Below the pieces are notes generated by a model that had not been told where the DNA came from, ran no database searches, and saw nothing but the letters and a program-made list of their open reading frames with translations. Shown piece by piece: positions 38,712 to 50,721 of a DNA stretch of 64,000 nt (its first letter is position 1; the number at the start of each line of letters is the position of its first letter). The DNA comes from Saccostrea echinata (Eukaryota), in contig NW_026889765.1 of NCBI RefSeq assembly GCF_033153115.1, positions 16,492,001 to 16,556,000 on the forward strand, in the 5' to 3' direction. The position numbers and the translations under genes were made by a program.

Positions 38712-39758
38712 ATGCAGTCTAGTATACTTTTAATGAACACTTCCTTGGATTTCTCTGGAAACCATTCGAATTCAAATGGCTCTTCAAAGTCTCCATCGTT
38801 GCCAGATAGTCTGTTATATACTGCAGGAGGAATCATGCTGTTGGAGAACTTTCTATCAATTATCATACTAAACAAGTGCACACGATTATGTTTTCAAATC
38901 CGAATTTTTGCAATCAACCTTGCTCTATCCGATTTCCTGACTGGAGTTATCCTTGCTTTGTCAAACTTAGTAATCTTTGAAGGACTAAATTGTGATGTCA
39001 AGCAGTACCTTACTTCTTGGTTTATAAATGTATCACTACTCATCATATCAATGTTAAATCTAGATCGATATTTTTCTTTTGTGTTTGCAATGCGATATTA
39101 CTCTTTCATAACTAAGAAAATCATAATTCTAATATGTGTAGTAATTTGGATAGCAGGATCTTTATTAACATACGGAATGTTTTTTAGCTACAATAATGAA
39201 TGGGAATTGAATTATAAATTTCTCAGATTTGTTCCAAGAAATGCTGTAAACTTAGTCTTTAGGAAAATACTTTTTATTATTGTAGTTTTAAATGTTGTAA
39301 TTTGTGTTTATCTAATATATAGTATGTACATTCGCTTATGTAAGGTGTCCACAAAGAATTCTTCAAAAAAGGGGAGAAAAAGAAGAGCTGCATTTGAAGC
39401 GAGTCAATTAAGAACGATTCGAAAAATAATGTCGATTGTTTGTGTGTTCTTAGTAAGTTATCTACCTGGCATAGTAATTTTGACTTTTCCATTAATTGAC
39501 TTGAGACAAGAACCTGGAAGAAGCATCTATGACATCGTGAGCTGCCTTATTATTTTGAACAGTGCCTGCAATCCAATATTTTATGTTTGGAGCTTCTCTG
39601 AAACTAGGTACCATTTGAAACGTCTTTGGTGTTTCTGGAATAAAGAAATGAAGGAAAAGTTCAAGCTCGAATTTCGCTTCAAAAACGCCTCGTATATTAT
39701 TGATTTCAAACATTCTGAAGAAACAGGAAGCCAGCTGCAAGAGAATAGTAATCCTTGA
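38712..39758 (+). CDS. Class A (rhodopsin-like) GPCR, single coding exon, orphan
   Basis: Intact ORF of 348 aa from ATG 38712 (alternative ATG 38733). Seven hydrophobic segments, N-terminal N-glycosylation sequons, EN in TM1, NLALSD in TM2, LDRY, W in TM4, SYLP in TM6 and NSACNPIFY in TM7. AATAAA at ~39941. Confidence 0.93.
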   Translation: MQSSILLMNTSLDFSGNHSNSNGSSKSPSLPDSLLYTAGGIMLLENFLSIIILNKCTRLCFQIRIFAINLALSDFLTGVILALSNLVIFEGLNCDVKQYLTSWFINVSLLIISMLNLDRYFSFVFAMRYYSFITKKIIILICVVIWIAGSLLTYGMFFSYNNEWELNYKFLRFVPRNAVNLVFRKILFIIVVLNVVICVYLIYSMYIRLCKVSTKNSSKKGRKRRAAFEASQLRTIRKIMSIVCVFLVSYLPGIVILTFPLIDLRQEPGRSIYDIVSCLIILNSACNPIFYVWSFSETRYHLKRLWCFWNKEMKEKFKLEFRFKNASYIIDFKHSEETGSQLQENSNP

Positions 39759-40482
39759 TAACAATGATACACATGTATGCAAAGATTCTAGTCTGTCAAT
39801 GTGATTACTGAATTTTTTATGAGCCGATATCTATATTTCACAAATAGGAATTTGTACCACTTATTACTTAGTTTTTCATTTTAATTTCAGATAAGGAAAC
39901 AAATACTTATTAAATGAAAGGAGAGACTATCATGCGAATGAATAAAATAATTCATGTGACAGTTGTTCTTATTTGACAATGTATCTTGCATATACATGCA
40001 TATCTGTTTGATCGATTTTACTTCAAATCTACCAAGCTTGTTCACTGGGTTTACAGACAACAATCATTGAAGTCTTTATCAATTTTAATAAAATGACGCA
40101 CTTGAATATAGATCTGAGTTACCCAGATTGCCTGTACACCAAAAGGAGTGATTGTATACGAATCACACATGTACATGCATGAATGAAAATGTTTTGAATG
40201 AATAATCTTTAAATGTTAAAGAAATATACAAACAAAAGGATTTTAACAGAGTTGTTTTCTAGGGGACTTAAAAAACTGAAAAGGATAACAGTGATGAAAA
40301 ATTGGAGTATGGTTTATTCTCATATCTTTTTAATGCCATGGTGATTTAAAAAATAAGTTTCAGAGTTTTAGAACTAACTGCTCTCTCAAAATTTACCGTC
40401 GTTACATGTATTATTTATCAGAACTATGTAGATGTAAGCTTAGAAATGGTTTTTAGAGTGTCACAACTGTAGTTGACAACCT

Positions 40483-41360
40483 GAGGTCTTCAGCAGAAGA
40501 CCTTCTTGATATTCTTAGATTCATTCTCCACTACTTTCATTCTTTTTCCTTTTCTCAGCATTTTTGTGCAAACGATTTCTCGCAAACGGCTTGCTCGATT
40601 TTCATGACACTTTCAGGTCTGATAGAGCATTCACCCCCCCCCCCCCCCCCGAAAAAAAAATTGATTTGATGACGTCACTTTCGTTTCAGAGGGTCTGTTT
40701 GTCCGAGCGTTATTTTAACCTTAACACAGCAATATGAAATTTCCAGCAATGATAGAGCAACATACATGTATATACATGTAGAAGAGATTTTTTTCAATTT
40801 ATTTCCACCGGAAGTACCAAACGTAGAAGCTTGCAATAACCCGAAAAAGGCATATCAAGAAATTCATTTTTTAAGAACGCGTTTTCTATTACACTTCATT
40901 ATTGTAACTATTTTATTAAGACATGTAGAATAAAACTTAAACTGAATAAGAGGCTTTGTTTAAATATCTAAAAAAATCATTGAGATTACATGATAGAAGC
41001 AAAGTTGGTTAGATTAACAAGTAGCAGCTATGGTGAACATGAAAAGTCATCAAGTGACTCACTTTCCGACCAAAACGGAAGTAGTACGAAATGACTTATT
41101 TTTGCAGATTTTATCGGCAGGGAATTGATTGATTAACATCACTGAGGACTTCCAACTTCATTTTTCGTCAAATGACGTCACTTCCGGTCATACCAGATAC
41201 AGTCATAAATCGCTCTATTTTGAATATGTGAGCTTAGATTTCAATGACAAATGTTACTGAAGACGTCCGACATCTTTTTGATAAGCGTACTACATGATGA
41301 TGTCTCTCTATTTCATCTCCTTAAGACTTACGTTTTGCTTTACAACTCGCTCGTCTTGTG
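40483..41360 (+). mobile_element. Degenerate Helentron/HINE-like element of another family
   Basis: 5' hairpin AGGTCTTCAGCAGAAGACCT, internal TGACGTCACTTCCG/CCGGAAGT motifs, and a 3' AAGACTT...CTTG block. Confidence 0.45.
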
Positions 41361-41437
41361 TTGTTTTTCTTATTCAAATTTTATATGCTCTTCTAAAATC
41401 TAAATTAACCGGAATCTTATAAAGGCTTCTATAGGAC

Positions 41438-44367
41438 TTTTACAACGCGAAATGTAATAACAACGCAAAATGTATTGAAATGGGATTATTGCATTTTGTG
41501 TTATTACATATTGCGTCAGGATCAACGCAGAATGGACAAACGCAAAATGCTACAACAGATATTTAGAATTATTATATTTTGTGTTATTACATTTTGCGTC
41601 GAGATTACCGCAAAATGTAATAACGCAAAATGTAATTACACGATTTTTGAATTGTTACATTTTGCGTTGATACATTTAGCAAAAGACAAGAAGGCAAAAT
41701 GTAATAAAACACTTTTTGGTCAGTCAGCTTGGGAATAATTTTCAATTGAGTAGTGGATGAAAAAATAAACGGAAAGAAAATAAAATAAAAGGAAAAAAAT
41801 ATGTTTATTATTACATTAGGTCGGATTTAATAATATAATTGATTTCATAAGCTATTTAAGATCAGTTTAATAATCAATTCTTCGGGGGATCAGTTGGGGG
41901 TAATTTCGTTGATCGGTGTTGTTTTGCTTTTTTATAGACACATGCATTGAATTTAGAAAAAAAAAAATCTATTAATTTGTACTGGCAGTGTTACAACGCG
42001 AAATGTTATAACAAAGCAAAATGTAATTAACCGGGATTATTGCATTTTATGCTATTACATTTTGAGTCGATATCAACGCAGAATATACTAACACAAAATG
42101 TAAAAACATACTTTTGAGGATAATTACATTTTTGCGTTGTTACATTTTGCATCGAGATCAACGCAAAATGCAATAACACGCTTTTTGGATTATTACATTT
42201 TGCGTTGTTACATTTTGCGTCGAGTTTAAGCAAAATGCAACAACGCAAAATGTAATTACACACTTTTTGGTCAGTCAGGAGGAGATTGATTTTCAATTGA
42301 GTAGTGGATGAGGAAAATAAACGGAAAGAAAATAAAACAAAGGGAAAAATAAACGTATGCTAAATATTACATTAGATCTGATTCAAAATCAGTTGATATT
42401 CAAATCTTAGGTGTAGGAAATTAGAAACGTTCGTGCACACGTGTTTTTTTTTTGGGGGGGGGGGATTAATTTCGTTGATCAGTGTATCAGTTTGCTTTTG
42501 CTTTTTGATAGCCAATGCATGGAATTTAGAAAAGAAATCTTTTTTTTTTACTGGCAGGTGTAAATATGTCAATACTGTGTTACAAATCATGTGCATTGCA
42601 GACCAGCAGAATTATTTTTTTTTCTCTCTCTACAATAATAAAATGGATAGTTTCTGCATCCGCATAAAAATACAATGATACACATAGAATTAACCCCCAT
42701 CCCCGCTTCTCCTCGCCAGACACACACTCATGCACTTCTCATTTGCTAACTAGTGTACACATGCACGTTGTACATAAAAATACGATGATACGCATACGAA
42801 ATAACCCTCAACCCCCCTCCCCCGCTTCTCCTCGCCAGACACATACACATGCACTTCTAATTTGCTAACTTTTGTACCATTGCACGTCGTACATAAAAAT
42901 ACAATGATACACATACAAAGTAACCCCCACCCCGCTTCTCCTCGCCATAGACACACACACACACACACTCACACACGCAAACACACATACACATACACAC
43001 ACACTTCTAATTTGCTGGCCTATGTACACATGCACGTCGTACATGCATATTAAGAGCTTTTAATGGACCTATGGTCAATCTTTGGTAATTATTTGTAAAT
43101 AGACATGTCAATCAGAGTTAAGTGAATATTTAAAAAGTATTTTAAAAAAATGTTAGAAACAGAGAAAAAGAAAAAAATGCAATTAGATTTAGAAATGTCC
43201 GCAAAAGCCGTAACGTTTGCCTCATAGTCAAATGTATGTCTGTCTATTTAGTAAAGAGAGTTTCCCCATTGTTATATATTTAAATCAATTTTGTGATGTT
43301 TAATGTTGAACATAATGCAAAAAAAATCATTTTGTTTTTTTTTTCATTTAATTTTATTACATTTTGCGTTGTCTTGAACGCAAAGTAACGAAAAATGTAA
43401 CAACCAAAAAGTGCATTATAACATTTTGCGTTAATCCCCACGCAAAATGTAATAATGCAAAATGTAATAATCCAAAAATCATGTTTTTACATTTTGCGTT
43501 ATTACATTTTGCGTTGATCTTGATGCAAAATGTAATTATGCAAAATGAAGAAATCCGAGTTTATTACATTTTGCGCGGTTATTATATTTCGTGTTGTAAC
43601 ATGGCAGGTGTAAATATAGCGGGGGGGGGGGGGATTGACAATTATGACTTCATACTGTTTTACTAATCACGTACGTTGCAGACCAGCAAATATAAATATC
43701 TCTCTCATTTTCTCTCTCTCTCTCTCTCTCTCTAGCAATAAAATGGATGGTTTTTGCATGTGCATAGAAATTCAATGATCAACATACGAAGTAAACACCC
43801 GCACCCCATCCCTGCCTCTCCTCTCCAGACACACACACATACACTTCTAATTTGCTAACCAATGTACACATGCACATCGTGCAATCATAACAAGAACTTT
43901 TAATGGACCAATGGCCAATCTTTGGTAATTTAAAATGTCATTGATTGGATGTATAATACAAACTGATATATAAAAGACATATCAATCAATGTTAAGTGAA
44001 TGTTTTATAAGTATTCAATAAAAATGTAAGAAGCAGCGTTAGATAAAGGATACATTTAGATCTAGTAATGTCCGTTAAAGCCGTAACGTTTGCCTCGATC
44101 ATTGTCATAGTTCTGTCTGTCTATTTTGTAAAGAGAGTTTCCCCATGTTTATATGTTTAAATCAAATTTGCATTGTTTTACATTGAAAAATAATTACATT
44201 TTGTTTTATTACAATTAGTTTTATTACATTCTGCAACGCAAAATGTAACAATCGAAACAATTTGTTATTACCTTTCGTGTTATTACATTTTGCATTGATC
44301 TCGACGCAAAATGTAATAATCCTAGTTTATTACAAATTGCGTTGTTATTATATTTCGCTTTGTTACA
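41438..44367. mobile_element. Non-autonomous TIR element with CGCAAAATGTAA subterminal repeats (outer, older copy)
   Basis: Ends T(T)TTACAACGCGAAAT ... ATTTCGCTTTGTTACA. Its sequence is colinear with the inner copy on both sides of the insertion point. Confidence 0.8.
41989..43601. mobile_element. Second copy of the same family inserted into the first; TG..CA termini, 6-bp TSD
   Basis: TGTTACAACGCGAAAT ... ATTTCGTGTTGTAACA. TSD TGGCAG at 41983-41988 and 43602-43607. The uninterrupted target TACTGGCAGGTGTAAATAT is visible inside this copy at ~42549-42567. Confidence 0.88.
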
Positions 44368-45674
44368 ATGGAGTTCGGAAAACAGAGGGTAGGTAAATTA
44401 TCATTATATAAATACTGTCAAGTGAAAAACAAGAAATAAATGCACGAATAATAAAGATAATCCACAGACGTAAAAGACCTCTGAGTATACAAATATGACT
44501 ATCGACATTCATTTGGAAATTTTACAGCTATAACAATTTTTACGAAGTTTCAAATGAGGGAAGAGTACAGTTTAATCTTTAAAACTGAGAGATTTGATAT
44601 GAATCGTCTTCAATTGAAATCTATGAATTTCCGTATATTAAGTATGAAATTGTATATTTTGTGAAATGTGTTTGTGTTTCTTATATACAAAAAAACTTTG
44701 AAACCTCGAGTATGATGGGGGAAAGGAAGAAATAATAAAGAAATATATAATAATTTTAATATAATATATATAATCTTATAACATCAAAATCTCTAAGATC
44801 CAGGTAATGACCAGGTCCGTGTTTTTGTTTTTGTTTTTTTTAATTTTTTTTTTTTTTCAAATTAATAATGGTATGATGAAAGCGGGTACAAGCGGCATCT
44901 GTTGAATTCGGCACCAAAAGAAAAGAAAAAGTAAATTCGGCACCTAGTGAATTCGACACCTAGTGAACTCGGCATCAGAATATGGTGAATTCGGCACCAC
45001 AACACGGTGAATTCAGCACCTATTTTTTTTAAATATATATATATAAATCTGCATCTGTGTTATTGCTATGAGTGTTTTCTTAATATTTTCCTCATGAAAA
45101 TTTGTTTTTGAGAAAAAAATGCGTAACTGAAACATTTCTTTTATTGGTAGTATTTGCTTTTATACTGATTAACTGGTTGATAAATAAAGTTGCTTTTATA
45201 TAATAACATATATAAAAAAAGAATTTGTTTAATATTTCTTTTTTATTGTTTGAATAATAAATTTGCTTTTAAAGAAAAAATACATTTGTTGGTGATATTT
45301 CATTTGCTGATTTTTTTTAAATAAATAAAGTCGTTTTTATCGGGAAAAATGCGTTTTAATAAATTATAATGAAATAAAACTGGATTAAATTATACACATA
45401 TCTATACAATTCAGTTCTAGCATTCTCATTAAAATTTTGATTTTAAATGTCAAATGTCATTGTGTAATTGTCAAAAAGGGGCTAGAACGACATGCACCCC
45501 CCCCCCCCCGTACACAATGCATAAAGTGAGATGTCAGATAATGAGGGGGGTTGTAAAAGGTTCCAGCAGCACAAGGTTTAAAAGTGTCACTATCCCAATA
45601 CACAAGGTATAGTGTGAGATGTCAGATAATGGGGAGGGTATATAGTGAAGGATTCCACGCAGGCTTCAATGTGT

Positions 45675-46917
45675 GGTTTATTCCCCGAACATCTACCGGC
45701 TAAAACAACTATTTAATTATCACACTCAATTAAGAGGCCCTCTAAGGGGTTCAGGTAGAGTTTACCTGTGTAACCTTGATTTAACAAAGTAGAAAAAATA
45801 ATTTTTAATTTACTGATAAAACTGTTTACTAAAGCACAGATTTATTGATTAAATACTTGCTTTAATTGATGGCACTAAATAAATATTATTTTCATATACA
45901 TGTACATGTAATAAATATTTTATTATGAATTATTTTCAAGCATAACTTTTTTTAACCTAACACTTGGCACTTGAAGCATCACTTACACCACATTTTAACA
46001 TGTTAAGCTTTGTTTAATCTATATTAAACATGAAGAATTTTTTTTCACATCGCATTTGCAGGTCCATAGAACGAAAGGGGGGGGGGGGCATTTTTCTGAG
46101 CAAAGACTTTCCCTGTAGTATAGTATATTCCTCTAGGTCTAATATGTAAATTTTCACTTAGATGTTGCAACCTCTTACACTCTGTTGTTGTAAGGTCGAG
46201 CGCTGGCGAATATTCCAGCACTTGAAAAAAAAAAAAAAACATAGCTACCTCTTTGTTTGGAAGCAATATCTAAAGTTAGCACTGTTTTATTTACATCAAA
46301 TTCAGACACGTTGTATCGTTTTTGAAAGAGGTGGGGGGGGGGCAAAAAAAATTTGACAATTTATCTTTAAAAATATTGTCCAACCCCAATTTCAATGGGG
46401 GGGGGGTAAAATTCAAAATGTTTTTTTTTTTCAAATAATCGTATGTTACGCTTCTTGATAGATTTTTACCAAAATAAATTACATGTATATTGTGACTGAG
46501 TTTTATGATACAAACTAACAAAGATTTTGAAATTATTTATTGTTATAATATTCAAGAAAAATCAGATCAGCTTTTTTTTTTAATTTTTGCTAAAAAATTA
46601 TTTCTGAAAGTAAAACACAAAATTTTTTTTAGCTAATGCATAAAATCTTCAAGATTTTTACATTTCCCCTGAAAAAAAAAAAACATGTTAAAACAATAAA
46701 TATCTTTTATCAATATTTCCATGCTGAAACCATGTTTCAGAAGAGATGCCTTAAAGATACAAACATTATTGTTGCTGTAGAATTCCTCCTTCAATAAATA
46801 CAGGTAAAGCTAGTTCATAAATGATTGTAGGTCTTACCCGTATCCCTTAGAGGGCCCCTTAATTAGGTGTGATAATTAGATGTTGGTTTAGTCCAATAAA
46901 CGTTCGGGGAACACACC
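45675..46917. mobile_element. Merlin-like MITE nested in the MULE
   Basis: GG...CC termini, ~100-bp imperfect TIRs (TTCCCCGAAC..TAATTATCACAC..AATTAAG.GGCCCTCTAAGGG), and a perfect 8-bp TSD CAATGTGT at 45667-45674 and 46918-46925. Confidence 0.8.
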
Positions 46918-47568
46918 CAATGTGTTTCTTGTTCTGCTCACCAAAAGAAAACCAGCAATGAGAGGTATGTTAAAAAAGTTTTGCACAATAATGAAAACCT
47001 TTTTTAGTTTCTCTTTACGCATCATTTAAGTAAACAGTATTTACATTTAGAATGCTCCTACAATTTACATAGAAGGTTTTCGCTCCCCCCCCCCCCAAAA
47101 AAAAATACAGTTTCGCCTAATTATAAATGTTTTTCAAAGTCTTAAAGCTTTATGAATTCTGCGAGTTAAAGTCCTTTTATTCAATGAAGAATTTTAATAA
47201 TTCTCTAATTCGAACTGAAACGTACAACATCATTGAATTATTAACGAATGATCATTGAATTACATGCATTAATACTCAGGAGTCTAGAATTACGCTTTCC
47301 CGTTGTCCGGGGCAAGTGAAATGTCATCTCGGGAAAGATAGTTTTCATGATAAACTAAACCGAACGGGAAAGTAATAAATTTCAGCAATTTTTTTTAAGT
47401 ACAAGTGTATTAAAATCAATCAAAAACAATAAACATTCAACTATCAAAATCTGAACTTGATTTCATATGCGATGCAATATTGAAATGTTAAAAATGTTGA
47501 TACATGTAATAAATCTAGTGCAAGCATTTCAGAGTTTATCGGCAAAATTTATTCATTAACTCTTACAG

Positions 47569-48000
47569 ACAGCGTACAACAAAAAGGACAAAGTATTCAA
47601 ATTCGTCCGCCAGCTACTTGCCTTGCCCTTCTTCCCGCCGGAATACATCGAAGATGCCTTCCACCGTCTTAATGGCCGTGCTCCAGAGGTCATAGCTGCA
47701 GGGATGGACTACGTTTACAGAACATGGATCCGTAGCACCATCTATGAGATCCATTACTGGAGTGTCTTGCTCCATCCGGACCAACAACGATGTGGAGATG
47801 TGGCACAACAGATTGAATACCAGTGTGGCCACCAGGGGATCCGTGCCATTTTACCATCTCATTGCCGTCCTTTACAAAGAGGCAATGGACATCAAGTTAC
47901 AGATGAAGATGGTGTCGGAGGGGAAAATACAGCGATATCAACGAAAGAGGACCCGTCAAGTGGAGGGGCGAATATTTCATCTGTGGCAACAATACTGATA
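47569..48000 (+). pseudogene. MULE transposase C-terminal exon, frameshifted
   Basis: After acceptor TCTTACAG the frame reads FVRQLLALPFFPPEYIEDAF...DYVYRTWI..WSV, then a frameshift, then IRTNNDVEMWHNRLN (catalytic E region). Confidence 0.85.
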
Positions 48001-50721
48001 AAGGGGAATAAATGCAAGCCAACTTCTCCAAGAACTCCAAGCCAACTTCTCCAACTACGGTCCTCCACCCCTGTAATGTCATTTGATGAACCAAGCACTT
48101 TCTTTATACAAATGTTTTGACTGACTTAATGTTGAATAATAATTGTTATATTTATGGCCAGTAAAGATTTATATACTGATAGATGCAACGACATGCAATC
48201 TTTTTTCCACATCAGCGCTACAAACATGATCATTAAAGTTAAAGAGTACAAGATACTAATATTATTTACATGTAAGCTTCAGGTCAATTCCACCAGGCAA
48301 CATTCGCCTGAAAAAAGTCTAACGAGAGATAAAAAGTTTGCTAATCAGAACCAAGAACAAGTGTCGTTTTTATGTCATATTAATTAAATAACCCTTGTAG
48401 AAAACATTAGCTACGCAAATAAAAAATTATAGAAAACAGCTATGAAGATAAATATTTGAAAATATTTCCTAACTATAATATTTTTTTTCTCCGTGCCGAG
48501 TATTTTGTTCAATTTTATGAGTGTTTCATATTAATTAAATAACGCCTACAGAAAACATTGGTAAAAAAATTATGGAAAACAGCTATGAAGATAAATATTT
48601 CAAAATATTTCCTTAATATCATATTTTTCTTCTTCCGTGCCGAGTATTTGTTTTATACTTTTATGAGTGTTTCACTGATATAGCCTTTTTTGTATACTAG
48701 TATATGTGATATTTTAGGTTTTGTTACACATATTATATATAGAGATTGAAAATTATCTAGTGCTTAATAATCGCTATTTCTAAAGATACGAACATAAGCA
48801 ATCTCCAACTCACCTCACACAATCAGAAACATTGAATAAATTAACAATAAATAAACATAAATAAGTGAAGACCTACTCATAAAACAAATGCCGAATAAAC
48901 TATATGCTGAATATACCAGGTGCCGAGTTACTAGGTGCCGAATATACCTGGTGCCGAATTCACTTAACTTGGTGCCGAGTTCACCAGGTGCCGAGTATAC
49001 CAGATGCCGAGTTGACTAGAATTCGATGAAAACAAAGCAAGTTATAGTTCACACAAAATATTAACAAGTAATAATTTTCTTCGAGGTTTCTGAATAGCAA
49101 ATTTTGAAAATAAAGATTAACAATGTGCTGCTCTAATAAAAAAAAAATGTACGAAATTCCAGTCATACATCGCTTTACACGAGAGTAAAAGTATAATTAA
49201 GAGCTAGTATTTTTTCAGTTTCAATCGGCAAGATTTTGCATTAAATGACACAAGTATATCATTTATAATGCTTCTGATCTATACAATAAATTGCCATCTG
49301 AGCTGAATATCATTTTATTATTTTACACCATGTTATGCTAGTACATGTATATTGTTAAAGTAAATCAATTTTTAACTAGTATTGGCGTTTCGGATTACGA
49401 GTTTCTACTAAATGATACTTTATGACGCTTAACAATACCAATGCCACCTAAAGTGAATATCATTTTTAGTTTTATTTATTTATTTATCTTATTTGCGCCA
49501 TGTTATGATAGTATATAATTTAAAGATACATACCACAAACAAATTTTCTTATCTCCCATACAGAAGAGTTACATTGCTATTTTTTCAGTATTTCTTTCAA
49601 TCAAAGTCTAATTAGAAAATTTTAAATTATGTAAAATGTAAAAATAGACTCTAGAAAATGTTCCTAGAAACTTTTCAGCAACAAAAATTCATAAATTTCT
49701 TAAATTTTCAAAACTTAATTTTAACTGTAAAATTACATTTTACCACTTTTCACCAAATTTTGTAGCTTGGTCAAACATAAAGTTGTTCAACTAAACAAAT
49801 ATCACTTCTTTAGTCAGAGAGGCTCCTATTTAAACGCAGATATTTAAATTTTTGAAGAAAAAATTTGTTTGTGTTATTTATCCTTAAGTAAATCAATTTT
49901 TAGCTCGTATTGGCGAGTTTGTATTAAATGATACTTAATTCGTGATGCCTCTGAACCATACCATTGCCATCGGAGCTGAATCTTATTATTATTACTTTGC
50001 ACCATGTTTTGTAATATATTGCTGAAGTAAATGATTTCGTGAAATAGCAAGATTCTGATTTCAGGAGAAAACATCTCTTCCCTTGGGCAAAGCTGAGGGA
50101 AATACATGTACATACAAAGAAACTAAATACTGCTTAAATATTGCAATACCAATGAAAACGTTCTTAGTTTAACGTTATTTTATGATAAATCTTGTACATT
50201 TCTTATTTTCTTCATATTTATTATTAACGTTGCTAATATTTTATTTATTGTTTAAAACTGAAGAAAACTTCTCGGTCGGCAGTTATATGACTAGCTCCAT
50301 CCTGGTATACAATTTGTAAAATATCTTTTTATATATCACGCTGAGACTTCGCATATTGTTGGTCATTGTAGCAGCAAAACATTTGTGATAGAAAACACGC
50401 CCTGGCAGACCCTTCTAGCCCAGAACACAAGTCAAGCTTTCTGGGAAGTATATAAAAATCTGTTCAGACTATCTTTCTGATGTTTAGGGTTACATACTTT
50501 TCATTCTGGTGATAAAATTAATATTCACCCTGATGCTAATTAGAGGATGTTCTTTCTATATACTTCTTACTGACTATTTTGATTCTTACTTAATCAGTAG
50601 TGTTGAAAAAAAAAACTCGTTGACAGAAGAATATATACAGTGGTGTTACAAGAAAAATAAGTTTGTCCTTAAAAAGATTTTGGCCCCTATGACATATGAG
50701 ACATTATACACATTTGAAAGC

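Larger units (their letters stand above)
44884..49024 (+). mobile_element. Mutator (MULE) deletion derivative
   Basis: Termini built of tandem GAAYTCGGCACC / GGTGCCGARTT units. Near-perfect 9-bp TSD GATGAAAGC (44875-44883) / GATGAAAAC (49025-49033). Internal transposase fragment. Confidence 0.85.
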
